A stretch of 49,011 bases of DNA from UHGV virus genome UHGV-1353889. The stretch is one strand, 5' to 3'. Shown here piece by piece: positions 40,661-49,011 of the stretch. Numbering within the stretch: the first letter of the stretch is position 1; each line of letters starts with the position of its first letter. The notes under the pieces are model-generated. The model had not been told where the DNA came from. It searched no databases and saw only the letters and a program-made list of their open reading frames with translations. The translations under genes were made by a program, and so were the position numbers. This stretch comes from a virus.

Positions 40661-41726
40661 TGATTTCAATTTTGTCCCACTCCCTGCCTCTGTCATCACG
40701 ATACTGTGATGCCATGGTGTCCGACTTATGCCCGAGAAGATGTTGAGCAAACTTATCGCTTATCTGCTTCTCATAGAGTCTTGCAGACAAACTGCGCAAC
40801 TCGTGAAAGGTAGGCGGATCCCCTTCGAAGGAAAGACCTGATGCTTTTCGTGCGCGCATAAAATACCTTGATACTGTGCCGGATGAAAGCGGTTCACGAC
40901 GAGTAGATGCAATTATGGTTTCTCCGCCAAGAATCTCTTTGCATTTATCAAGTGTTTCCTTCATTGATATCCCGAGAGCATCAACATGCAATGCTGTTGG
41001 GATGGCAATTTTTACGCCTGTTTTGCTTTGCTCGACATAAAGATATCCATCTACGATATCAGACCACTTCATTTCGCATAAATCACCAACTCGTTGCCCG
41101 GTAACAACAGCCAGTTCCATTGCAAGTCTTAGCCAATATGGTGATGATTCTGCTGCTTGATAAATTTTCAGGTATTCGTCAGCCGTAAGTCTTGATCTCC
41201 TTACCTCTGATTTTGCTGCGCGAGTGGCAGCGACCGGGTTTGTTGTTATATGGCCTTCAGCTATTGCCTCTCGGAATGCATCGCTCAGTGTTGATCTGAT
41301 TAACTTGGCTGACGCAGCCTTGCCCTCGTCTATGTATCCATTGAGCATTGCCGCAATTTCTTTTGTGGTGATGTCTTCAAGTGGAGCATCAGGCAGACCC
41401 CTCCTTATTGCTTTAATTTTGCTCATGTAATTTATGAGTGTCTTCTGCTTGATTCCTCTGCTGGCGAGGATTTTTTCGTAGCGATCAAGCCATGAATGTA
41501 ACGTAACAGAATTATCACTGTTGATTCTCGCTGTCAGAGGCTTGTGTTTGTGTCCTGAAAATAACTCAATGTTGGCCTGTATAGCTTCAGTGATTGCGAT
41601 TCGCCTGTCTCGGCCTAATCCAAACTCTTTACCCGTCCTTGGGTCCCTGTAGCAGTAATATCCATTGTTTCTTATATAAAGGTTAGGGGGTAAATCCCGG
41701 CGCTCATGACTTCGCCTTCTTCCCAT
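40656..41726 (-). CDS. int: Integrase (lambda Int)
   Basis: 356 aa, near-identical to lambda Int as I recall it. Confidence 0.95.
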   Translation of the reverse strand: MGRRRSHERRDLPPNLYIRNNGYYCYRDPRTGKEFGLGRDRRIAITEAIQANIELFSGHKHKPLTARINSDNSVTLHSWLDRYEKILASRGIKQKTLINYMSKIKAIRRGLPDAPLEDITTKEIAAMLNGYIDEGKAASAKLIRSTLSDAFREAIAEGHITTNPVAATRAAKSEVRRSRLTADEYLKIYQAAESSPYWLRLAMELAVVTGQRVGDLCEMKWSDIVDGYLYVEQSKTGVKIAIPTALHVDALGISMKETLDKCKEILGGETIIASTRREPLSSGTVSRYFMRARKASGLSFEGDPPTFHELRSLSARLYEKQISDKFAQHLLGHKSDTMASQYRDDRGREWDKIEIK

Positions 41727-41922
41727 TTCTGATCCTCTTCAAAAGGCTACCTGTTACTGGTCGATTTAAGTCAACCTTTACCGCTGATTCGTGGAACAGA
41801 TACTCTCTTCCATCCTTAACCGGAGGAGGGAATATCCTGCACTCGCGTACCCATCGACGAACTGTTTCAAGGCTTCTTGGGCGTCGCTGGCGTGCGTTCC
41901 ACTCCTGAAGTGTCAAGTACAT
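41704..41922 (-). CDS. xis: Excisionase (lambda Xis)
   Basis: 72 aa, MYLTLQEWNARQRRPRSLETVRRWVRECRIFPPPVKDGREYLFHESAVKVDLNRP matches lambda Xis. Confidence 0.95.
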   Translation of the reverse strand: MYLTLQEWNARQRRPRSLETVRRWVRECRIFPPPVKDGREYLFHESAVKVDLNRPVTGSLLKRIRNGKKAKS

Positions 41923-41961
41923 CGCAAAGTCTCCGCAATTACACGCAAGAAAAAACCGCCA

Positions 41962-42129
41962 TCAGGCGGTTTGGTGTTCTTTCAGTTCTTCAATTCGAAT
42001 ATTGGTTACGTCTGCATGTGCTATCTGCGGCCACAGCATCCAGTGGTCATAGCAGTCGTTGATGTTCTCCGCTTCGATAACTCTGTTGAATGGCTCTCCA
42101 TTCCATTCACCTGTGACTCGGAAGTGCAT
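41962..42129 (-). CDS. Small hypothetical protein (55 aa)
   Basis: Manual ORF MHFRVTGEWNGEPF ... NIRIEELKEHQTA; its 3' end plus terminator hairpin recurs as a start-less fragment at 1651-1740. Confidence 0.4.
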   Translation of the reverse strand: MHFRVTGEWNGEPFNRVIEAENINDCYDHWMLWPQIAHADVTNIRIEELKEHQTA

Positions 42130-42201
42130 TTATCATCTCCATAAAACAAAACCCGCCGTAGCGAGTTCAGATAAAAGAAATCCCCGCGAGTGCGAGGATT
42201 G

Positions 42202-42486
42202 TTATTTATTGCCGATATTCACCTTTATCGCGAACACCTTTACCGGTTTATCTCCGAAGTGCGGATGTGTGATTGTCTTGATTTCATACCCTTCATACGG
42301 GACGTCTATTCTGCGACTGGAGTCGTCGCGCTTCGGATATCCCTTTGTGATAATCAGGCGGTCATATTCCCGGAACATGATTCGCTTATTCCAGTAGTCA
42401 TTACACAGGCGATACTCTTCCGTCTTCTCTCCGCGAATCATGGCATCGAAGTATTCACCTTTAACGGCAAGTTGCAGGTTAGCCAC
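42202..42486 (-). CDS. ASCH/PUA-like (DUF3850-like) domain protein, tentative
   Basis: Probable GTG start at 42484-42486 with AAGGAG RBS; GEYFDAMIRGEKTEE resembles ASCH-domain N-terminal motif; track ORF 42202..42570 over-extended. Confidence 0.4.
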   Translation of the reverse strand: MANLQLAVKGEYFDAMIRGEKTEEYRLCNDYWNKRIMFREYDRLIITKGYPKRDDSSRRIDVPYEGYEIKTITHPHFGDKPVKVFAIKVNIGNK

Positions 42487-42985
42487 AGTTAACTCCTTGC
42501 TGTGTGGCGTCGAGTAATAAATCCCACAACCGCTGAGAGCAATTTCCGCATGTACAGCGTTGACCCACAACGTTTATCGCGTTGCTGATTTCCGGCGTTA
42601 CCTGTTTAGGAACCATAACCCAACCATCCGGAGTTACCGGATAGTTGCCATCCAGCGCGTTCAACTTGTAAGTCTGGCTTACAGGTTTGACACCGTGAAG
42701 CATGGCGGCGCGGTGACACCAGATAATCCAGCCCAGCGCCATATCCCATGCCATGTATTCTCTATCACCATTTTTTGCCCTGCGGCGATCTACAGATTCC
42801 CCGAAACGCTTCTCCATAAATAATTCATAGGCTGCCCGTTCATCCGATACTGCTGCCAGCGATGCCAGAGCAATTCGTGCCAGTTCTTCCGCTTCTTCTG
42901 CTGGCAGTACAACGTTGCTACCCGGCCCGTATGTTTCGCGCCACTGCTTGATTGTCAGCAGTCGCTCTTTGGTAATAGTGGTCAT
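42479..42985 (-). CDS. Early-left accessory protein, DUF551-like C-terminus
   Basis: 168 aa; shares MTTITKER N-terminus and YPVTPDGW motif with 2050..2664. Confidence 0.5.
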   Translation of the reverse strand: MTTITKERLLTIKQWRETYGPGSNVVLPAEEAEELARIALASLAAVSDERAAYELFMEKRFGESVDRRRAKNGDREYMAWDMALGWIIWCHRAAMLHGVKPVSQTYKLNALDGNYPVTPDGWVMVPKQVTPEISNAINVVGQRCTCGNCSQRLWDLLLDATQQGVNCG

Positions 42986-43191
42986 TTGTTAATCCTCAAA
43001 ACTTTATGCCCAGGCGCAAAAGCACGCGTTTTGTCTTTGCTTATTCGCCAGCCATCCTTGCGCGCCTCTTTTGCACAGCCAGCCCATGACGTACCTATAT
43101 ACTCACCGAAGTCTGGCACTGGATATACACCTTCCGTACACTGGCGGCAGTCACAATAGAGATGCATTGTGTAACTTGCAGCGATAGCCAT
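42982..43191 (-). CDS. Small Cys-rich hypothetical protein
   Basis: 69 aa from ATG at 43189-43191 (AAGGAG RBS, overlaps upstream stop); CDCRQC motif. Confidence 0.35.
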   Translation of the reverse strand: MAIAASYTMHLYCDCRQCTEGVYPVPDFGEYIGTSWAGCAKEARKDGWRISKDKTRAFAPGHKVLRINK

Positions 43192-43192
43192 A

Positions 43193-43807
43193 TCACTCTC
43201 CTTTGATGCGAATGCCAGGGGCGCGTGGCACATTAACTTCCACGATGCGCACTGTTGGTTTGTACATCTCAATCGCTGTCAGCCAGTCAGCTCCTGTCAT
43301 GCGCTTTTCCGCATCGCCATTAGTCCACTGAACCGGTACACCAATAGCCTTCATCGCGGTTTCTATTTCCCCGGCGATGGCGCTTTTCCCGCAACCAGTA
43401 AAACCAGAAACAACGACAAGAACTTCACCTTGGGCTGGTTTTATTTCCCGAGCTTCCAGTTCTGCAATGCGCTGTTTTGCGGCATCAAGTTCAATCGATA
43501 ATTTTTCCAACTGCTCTTTATGCTTCTTGTATTCCTGATATGCGTGCCAGGACTGACCTTTGCGCACACTATCAGTAATATCAGTAATCTGTTCTGGTGT
43601 TAGAGTGGTCAGTGGCTGTGCTGGGAAAATAAGCACTTTCCCGGCATCCCAATCAAAACCAGCGTGAATTGACTGAACCTCAACTGAGGGTGTTGAACCA
43701 ATGCTGCCAGGCGAATGAACAACGATCGTTACATCCATATCGCGACGATGGCTGTGGTTGTTGGACAAAATACGATTCACCAACTCAGAAAATTTGGAAA
43801 ATTTCAT
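43193..43807 (-). CDS. Ea22-like early protein (full length)
   Basis: 204 aa; coiled-coil KQRIAELEAREI and C-terminal GIRIKGE as in 2860..3111. Confidence 0.5.
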   Translation of the reverse strand: MKFSKFSELVNRILSNNHSHRRDMDVTIVVHSPGSIGSTPSVEVQSIHAGFDWDAGKVLIFPAQPLTTLTPEQITDITDSVRKGQSWHAYQEYKKHKEQLEKLSIELDAAKQRIAELEAREIKPAQGEVLVVVSGFTGCGKSAIAGEIETAMKAIGVPVQWTNGDAEKRMTGADWLTAIEMYKPTVRIVEVNVPRAPGIRIKGE

Positions 43808-44094
43808 GCTGATTCCCCTTTCTCTGCTCTCTCCTGTCGGAACATCACTATCATCAGGTCGCCTTTTGTCGCTATCCTGGCTGTTGTACCTGGTTCAATG
43901 CGGCTAAGCTCAAATGCGTCATAGAACGCTTCTAATGCCTTCTGGCGTAGTTCCTGTTTGCGCCGTTTTTTCCACTGTTTTAGGAAAATGGAACCCAGCC
44001 ATCGCCATGTACGGGACATGATGTAAAGCCAACCGAGAAGTGCCAGACCGGTATTTAGGAGCGTATCGATCGTTATTGTCGTGTCGATATTCAC
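43804..44094 (-). CDS. Hypothetical protein with N-terminal hydrophobic helix
   Basis: 96-aa ORF. Confidence 0.35.
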   Translation of the reverse strand: MNIDTTITIDTLLNTGLALLGWLYIMSRTWRWLGSIFLKQWKKRRKQELRQKALEAFYDAFELSRIEPGTTARIATKGDLMIVMFRQERAEKGESA

Positions 44095-44258
44095 TGGTTG
44101 CCTCCTTTGCGCAACATCGCATTCAGATATTTGTTTTGATTCACTGATGGAAAAGAATTTCTCTTAAGCAATTCCTCTCTCGATGGCATTGGCTTTACGC
44201 GTTGGCGAATAATCATTTCTGACGGAAGAATGCCGGGATTGTATGCAAGTCCTCTCAT
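44091..44258 (-). CDS. Small conserved protein (55 aa), copy of 3541..3708
   Basis: Manual translation; one substitution relative to element 1 copy. Confidence 0.45.
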   Translation of the reverse strand: MRGLAYNPGILPSEMIIRQRVKPMPSREELLKRNSFPSVNQNKYLNAMLRKGGNQ

Positions 44259-44536
44259 GATTTACTCTCCACGAACTGGTCAATAGCCATGCTAAGTGAT
44301 ACACCTAAAGTCTCGATATGCTGCTGAATATCCTGTAGCGTCTGCGCCTGAGATAACAGGATTTCACGGTTGCATAACTCTTTGACCAGATGCTCAAACT
44401 TGCTGTAATAACCGATACGGCTTAGTGTTTCTTTCCCTGCATTCTCACCTTCTTTGATAATTCCTCTTTCATTAAGAATCAGGTCGTGTTTTGTTCCAGT
44501 AATAACGTATTTACCGAGGTCGATGTTTAGCTTCAT
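44255..44536 (-). CDS. Hypothetical protein (insertion relative to element 1)
   Basis: 93-aa ORF present only in element 2 between the 55-aa and 104-aa genes. Confidence 0.4.
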   Translation of the reverse strand: MKLNIDLGKYVITGTKHDLILNERGIIKEGENAGKETLSRIGYYSKFEHLVKELCNREILLSQAQTLQDIQQHIETLGVSLSMAIDQFVESKS

Positions 44537-44552
44537 TGTTAATTACTCCATG

Positions 44553-44867
44553 TTAATTTATTTGTATGCCTGCTCTTTTTTCATCGAGTTTTTTTAGCTT
44601 GTATCGCATAGCTCTTACTGAATAAATTGAGCGGCAGGTTGCAATTGCTATTTCTTCTGCGGAGAACTTACCGAAAAGTGATACTTCGGCTCTTGTCCAG
44701 CGTCTTCCACGAAGTCGGCTAACAATGTCAGCGCCAATCCTTGTTGCTTTCGCCATTACTGCTTTTTCAGTCCTTTCCAGTTTTTCAGCGATAACTTCAA
44801 CTGGCATTGTCGCCGCTACTTCGCGTAAGAAATCGACTTCCCATTTCTCCCAAGGAGTCTTTTTCAT
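44553..44867 (-). CDS. Conserved phage protein, putative DNA-binding (copy of 3725..4039)
   Basis: 104 aa, 3 substitutions near C-terminus relative to element 1. Confidence 0.45.
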   Translation of the reverse strand: MKKTPWEKWEVDFLREVAATMPVEVIAEKLERTEKAVMAKATRIGADIVSRLRGRRWTRAEVSLFGKFSAEEIAIATCRSIYSVRAMRYKLKKLDEKRAGIQIN

Positions 44868-44878
44868 AGGCGATACCG

Positions 44879-45367
44879 TTATTTGATAAGAAGTGAAGGT
44901 TTCCCAACTTTGAGTTGAGCACCGGGGATATTTATTCCTGCTTTTAGTTGGTGTTTGATTGCCAGTTTGTCGGCTTTAATTGTCGTTTCGAACTCAACGT
45001 ATTCAGGAGGAAGGGCGCTTGAGTCGATGATTTCTACAGTTTCTGACGGTTTGCGGATTGTTACCTGGTGAATACCTGCTCGAATCTTTTTCTTTCCAAC
45101 CATTTCAAGCGATGACGCTATATACGTCATAATGCTATCAATCTTATTTTGAATTACTGCTGCTCTTTCATTCAGTGACTTTGCCTCTTCCTTGAGGCGT
45201 TCAGCATAACCAGACTCATTTTTAATGATGGCAAGAAGTTGCTCTATTTTATCGGTAAATTCTCCTTCCATGCCTTCTATTGTGTCAGCAATCATCTCTG
45301 GTTCTAAATCTGAATCCATCAATTTTGCGTATTCATTGGCAATTTCATACAGTTTGCTCACTGGCAA
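44879..45367 (-). CDS. Gp157-like protein (copy)
   Basis: Identical to 4051..4539. Confidence 0.5.
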   Translation of the reverse strand: MPVSKLYEIANEYAKLMDSDLEPEMIADTIEGMEGEFTDKIEQLLAIIKNESGYAERLKEEAKSLNERAAVIQNKIDSIMTYIASSLEMVGKKKIRAGIHQVTIRKPSETVEIIDSSALPPEYVEFETTIKADKLAIKHQLKAGINIPGAQLKVGKPSLLIK

Positions 45368-46256
45368 CCTCCAGTTTCGCTTTGCATTCTATGTAAATGG
45401 CTTGTACGTTCTGCTGCAATTTCATTCCAGATGTCAGGCGATATGCTTCTGCAAAATATCGCTTCAAATCATCCATGTTTTCTGCCTGAGCCATTTCATC
45501 ACAAAGAAGTTGTGCTTTATCCGTTATTTCCTGCTGGCGTTTCCGTTCATCTTCGCGGATATCTTCCTCTGATTTGTGCGGCATAACTGGTTCAGTCCAC
45601 ACACCTTCTTCTTCGTTTAGTACGTGAATAGCACTATCAAGACGTGATGCCTTAGGCCAATACTTGCTTGCACGCTTTACGACCGTCTTTCGCGCCATCT
45701 CATTCCAGTGATTTACCCATGGTCCTTTATCGCTGAATGCCGCCTTGCTTGTTTTCCTTACAGCCTCAATTTCAGCCAGACTCATCTCTTCCGTTAGATA
45801 ATCACCTGCTGGCGTCTTAACTGTGCAGTAAACGCCAACGATATCACCACGATCACCGAAGGCGTTGTATTTATGGGTTGGTGCTTTATCAAGCCCGTTT
45901 GACTCATAGGTATCGTTAGCATGAACAAGTTTTGCCTGACCCCATGAGATAACACCAGACTCCATTGCAATATGGAGCAATCCCATATAGCTGATATCAA
46001 GGCAAACCATGCCGTCGCGCGGAACCAGATAAGCCAGTTTGCTAGCCGGGTTTAAGGTGATGCCGATCGCCGCAACATTGATGATGGCGTTCTGTGCGCT
46101 GGTTGGATTTGCCAGTGCCGTTTTAGCCAGGTAATCATTTTTCTGGAAATACTGAATTGCAAACTGGCTTTCCTTAGCCCATGTCACCGTCTGTTCAGTC
46201 AATGCTCCGCAGAATAACTGCTCCTGCTGTTTAACGAATTCAACGATATTGCTCAT
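45345..46256 (-). CDS. RecT-family single-strand annealing recombinase (copy)
   Basis: Identical to 4517..5428. Confidence 0.75.
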   Translation of the reverse strand: MSNIVEFVKQQEQLFCGALTEQTVTWAKESQFAIQYFQKNDYLAKTALANPTSAQNAIINVAAIGITLNPASKLAYLVPRDGMVCLDISYMGLLHIAMESGVISWGQAKLVHANDTYESNGLDKAPTHKYNAFGDRGDIVGVYCTVKTPAGDYLTEEMSLAEIEAVRKTSKAAFSDKGPWVNHWNEMARKTVVKRASKYWPKASRLDSAIHVLNEEEGVWTEPVMPHKSEEDIREDERKRQQEITDKAQLLCDEMAQAENMDDLKRYFAEAYRLTSGMKLQQNVQAIYIECKAKLEVASEQTV

Positions 46257-46564
46257 GCTGCTTCTCCATAAATGTGTCTGCGTTTGAATATTGCGAAGGC
46301 ATATTCAGCCTTAACTCTTTCGGTTATTGCATCCCAGAACCATTCAGCGGCTTTTTCCTGATAGTTACAATCATCATCTTCCAGCCAGTCGATAGCGTCC
46401 TTAGTGTGTTCACCTGGTTTATATGAGCGAAGCATTTCGCTTATTGGGTCGCAACGTTTGCAGAGGCGATCAACTTCACTGTTGATTCGCTCGTAATCTT
46501 CATCAGTAAAACTTGCGATTATTTGCGATATTTCACGCTTATCATTCAGAGTCAGAATCATCAT
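46253..46564 (-). CDS. Hypothetical early protein (copy of 5425..5736)
   Basis: 103 aa with one substitution; track ORF 46253..46672 is an artificial read-through across the N gap. Confidence 0.45.
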   Translation of the reverse strand: MMILTLNDKREISQIIASFTDEDYERINSEVDRLCKRCDPISEMLRSYKPGEHTKDAIDWLEDDDCNYQEKAAEWFWDAITERVKAEYAFAIFKRRHIYGEAA

Positions 46565-46574
46565 CTTTCTCCTG

Positions 46575-46603
46575 NNNNNNNNNNNNNNNNNNNNNNNNNN
46601 NNN
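46575..46603. other. Assembly gap (29 N)
   Basis: Run of N characters. Confidence 1.
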
Positions 46604-46946
46604 TTTGTTCATCTGACGAATGAATTCTTCGTCTGACCAGTTATCTGTAAAACTCATTTCCTGCGATACCATGGAAGGTTGATAGCTGATTTCATCGCTT
46701 TATTTGCTTCAAGCCACATTTTTGAATCACCAATAAATCGGGCTATTACTGCTTTGTTTTGTGCAGCACGAAGCATCTGGTGATTAATGGCTATTTCATT
46801 GCGCATAATAAGACCTCAACTCTTTTCCATCCGTCACGTAATTTACGGGTGATTCGTTCAAGTAAAGATTCATTTAGTTGGAAGGCACCCATGCGAGCGC
46901 CTCCCGCGATTGCGTAAATCATGGGTGGTTCCTTATGTTGGTTTTA

Positions 46947-47915
46947 TTAGTAGGTTATTTTTGTTGCGAATACTTCGCCTTTTACGATGGCTGTTATGAT
47001 ATTTTTAGCAACATCTTCTGATGCGCCAACCTTGATAAGGTCAGCAAGTATTTTGTTATTTACGTCTTTCCGGTGAGCCTTATCCTTTGCTCTACGCTCT
47101 TCTTCGTCCTTGATTCTTTTTTCTTCTGCTATTCTGGCTTGCTCTTTTGCTTCAGCCTCGCGACGGATTCGTTCAGCCTCCTCCTGTGCTTTTCTGCGTT
47201 CTACTTCAATTGCTGCCTGCTTTTCTCTTTCAGCTCGTTCTGCTGCCTCTTTTGCTTCGCGCTGTGCTCGTTGCTCGGCTTCAATGCGTTCACGCTCTGC
47301 ACGCTCCGCTGCGGCCTTAGCTTCTGCTTCTCTCCTTGCTGCTGCTTCAATGTCGGCTTTTGCCTTTGCTTCGGCTTCTGCTCTGGCTTTCTCTTCAGCT
47401 TCTCTTTTTAAGCGGTCTTCATGCTCTCGCTTTTCCTGCTCCTCTTTGAGTCTTGCCTCTTCTCTTTGTCGGTCAAATTCGCGATCCATCAAAATCGCTA
47501 TTTCATGGTCAGACTCAATTTGCTTTGCGAGAGCTTCAGCTGCTGCCTTAGCTTCTTCTTCGGCTTTAATCCGCGCCTGTTCTTCCTCATAATCAGTAAG
47601 AGGCTGGCGTGCCTTGGCTTTCAGCTCATCAAGTCGATCACGCACTGTTTTGCGGTTGGCATCAATTAGCTTTGGAATTTCCTTCAGTTCAGCAACAAGG
47701 TCTTTGCCAAGACCATCGAGATATGTTTTCGTCTGCGCAACTTTATACGCCAGAGAAGCGATCTCCTTTCTGCCCTTTGCCGTTGTGATATCAGGCACAA
47801 AGGACATAACTTCACTTTCAACCTTTTGAAGGATTTCTTCAATCTGGTCGGCAGACTGAAATACAGTCATTGCATTTGCTTTTTCAATAACAACTAAATC
47901 TGTTACTTCACTCAT
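46947..47915 (-). CDS. Hypothetical protein with long Glu/Ala/Arg/Lys-rich coiled-coil region
   Basis: 322 aa; globular N-terminal ~120 aa then ~170 aa EAR-rich repeat; plus-strand ORFs in this span are low-complexity artefacts. Confidence 0.5.
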   Translation of the reverse strand: MSEVTDLVVIEKANAMTVFQSADQIEEILQKVESEVMSFVPDITTAKGRKEIASLAYKVAQTKTYLDGLGKDLVAELKEIPKLIDANRKTVRDRLDELKAKARQPLTDYEEEQARIKAEEEAKAAAEALAKQIESDHEIAILMDREFDRQREEARLKEEQEKREHEDRLKREAEEKARAEAEAKAKADIEAAARREAEAKAAAERAERERIEAEQRAQREAKEAAERAEREKQAAIEVERRKAQEEAERIRREAEAKEQARIAEEKRIKDEEERRAKDKAHRKDVNNKILADLIKVGASEDVAKNIITAIVKGEVFATKITY

Positions 47916-47949
47916 ATATCCTCCTTCGTTGTATTCTTTAAAAACGCTC

Positions 47950-48318
47950 TCAGGCGGCTTTGATAGTCATATCATCTGAATCAAATATTCCTGATGTATC
48001 GATATCGGTAATTCTTATTCCTTCGCTACCATCCATTGGAGGCCATCCTTCCTGACCATTTCCATCATTCCAGTCGAACTCACACACAACACCATATGCA
48101 TTTAAGTCGCTTGGAATTGCTATAAGCAGAGCATGTTGCGCCAGCATGATTAATACAGCATTTAATACAGAGCCGTGTTTATTGAGTCGGTATTCAGAGT
48201 CTGACCAGAAATTATTAATCTGGTGAAGTTTTTCCTCTGTCATTACGTCATGGTCGATTTCAATTTCTATTGATGCTTTCCAGTCGTAATCAATGATGTA
48301 TTTTTTGATGTTTGACAT
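47950..48318 (-). CDS. Acidic hypothetical protein
   Basis: 122 aa, Asp/Glu-rich C-terminal half. Confidence 0.45.
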   Translation of the reverse strand: MSNIKKYIIDYDWKASIEIEIDHDVMTEEKLHQINNFWSDSEYRLNKHGSVLNAVLIMLAQHALLIAIPSDLNAYGVVCEFDWNDGNGQEGWPPMDGSEGIRITDIDTSGIFDSDDMTIKAA

Positions 48319-48468
48319 CTATTCATATCCTCATAGATAAAAAATCGCCCTCACACTGGAGGGCAAAGAAGATTTCCAATAATCAGAACAAGTCGGCTCC
48401 TGTTTAGTTACGAGCGACATTGCTCCGTGTATTCACTCGTTGGAATGAATACACAGTGCTTATTCGTA

Positions 48469-48939
48469 CTAATAAAACACCCAATTTTCTGTTTCTTGGT
48501 TGTGTCCAAAGTTATATTCAATATCTGGTGTTGATGTATCAATATTCTTCATCCCATCAACAAGAGTTGATACAACAGCCAAATCTTGTTTGATTCTCAT
48601 CAAATGGTATTTCTTCCGGCGCAATAAACTTTCAATGGCAAGTTTCTTCGTCGGGAATGCAAAAGATCTTTCTGCATTTTTTGCTACTTTCTTAATTGCA
48701 TATCTATTTCTCCTTTGTTTCCATTCCTGTAACCACAGATTTGGTGCTGGTTTAAAATTAACAATCCAATGCGCAGGAACCAACCATGCATAATGCTCTG
48801 TCTGATGAAAAGCTATATATTGAAGTGCGAATATTTTGATTCCATCTTCTTCAACTGTCGCTTGGAATCTCCAGAAAACAGGCATTCCATCATGTTCAGT
48901 TTCTGATTCAGGAAAAGGTACGCTCCATGATTTTGTCAT
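48469..48939 (-). CDS. Hypothetical protein (moron inserted within tL-like hairpin cluster)
   Basis: 156 aa; flanked by sequence that is contiguous in element 1 (6061-6221), insertion bounded by CAGTGC. Confidence 0.5.
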   Translation of the reverse strand: MTKSWSVPFPESETEHDGMPVFWRFQATVEEDGIKIFALQYIAFHQTEHYAWLVPAHWIVNFKPAPNLWLQEWKQRRNRYAIKKVAKNAERSFAFPTKKLAIESLLRRKKYHLMRIKQDLAVVSTLVDGMKNIDTSTPDIEYNFGHNQETENWVFY

Positions 48940-49011
48940 ATCTCACCTCAAATAATTCAGTGCAGTGTTTATTCTGTTGTTTATGCCAAAAGAAGGCCGA
49001 CTATGCGGCCT

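Larger units (their letters stand above)
40361..49011. mobile_element. Left arm of a second lambda-related element (partial; continues beyond window)
   Basis: attP-like site, lambda int and xis, early-left accessory genes, RecT-family module; window ends inside it. Confidence 0.75.

Noticed and set aside
47073-47669. Several plus-strand ORFs (112, 160, 82 aa) rich in Ser/Ala/Cys/Phe
   Set aside because: They are antisense artefacts of the GAA/GCA-rich coiled-coil gene 46947..47915

Overview
The window holds a ~40.2 kb mosaic lambdoid prophage (1-40360) bounded by a 120-bp direct repeat, followed by the left arm of a second lambda-related element (40361-49011). Element 1 runs: P4-type tyrosine integrase; early-left recombination module (RecT-family annealase plus Gp157-like protein); lambda-identical N, cI, cro, cII with OL/OR operators; O-like initiator with in-gene iterons; DnaB-like helicase; nin region with an orphan Dam-type methyltransferase; Q21-type antiterminator; two tRNA genes; lambda S/R/Rz/Rz1 lysis cassette; P22-like terminase, portal, scaffold, coat, needle and ejection genes; and a chimeric tailspike with an endosialidase-type (Asp-box) domain. 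The most novel-looking content is an accessory island at 33110-36827 between the ejection genes and the tailspike: a P22 immI-type switch (mnt/arc/ant) interleaved with a Panacea (DUF4065)-like gene plus an unknown partner, a ClpP-like peptidase translationally coupled to mnt, and a ClpX zinc-binding-domain-only ORF coupled to arc. A 301-aa gene in the rexAB position downstream of cI is a second candidate lysogen-expressed exclusion gene. Element 2 begins with an unrecombined lambda-type attP-like site, lambda int and xis, early-left accessory genes and a ~2.2 kb near-identical copy of element 1's recombination module, and contains a 29-N assembly gap. No CRISPR array, rRNA or IS transposase was seen. 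All homology calls are from reading the translated ORFs, not from database searches.
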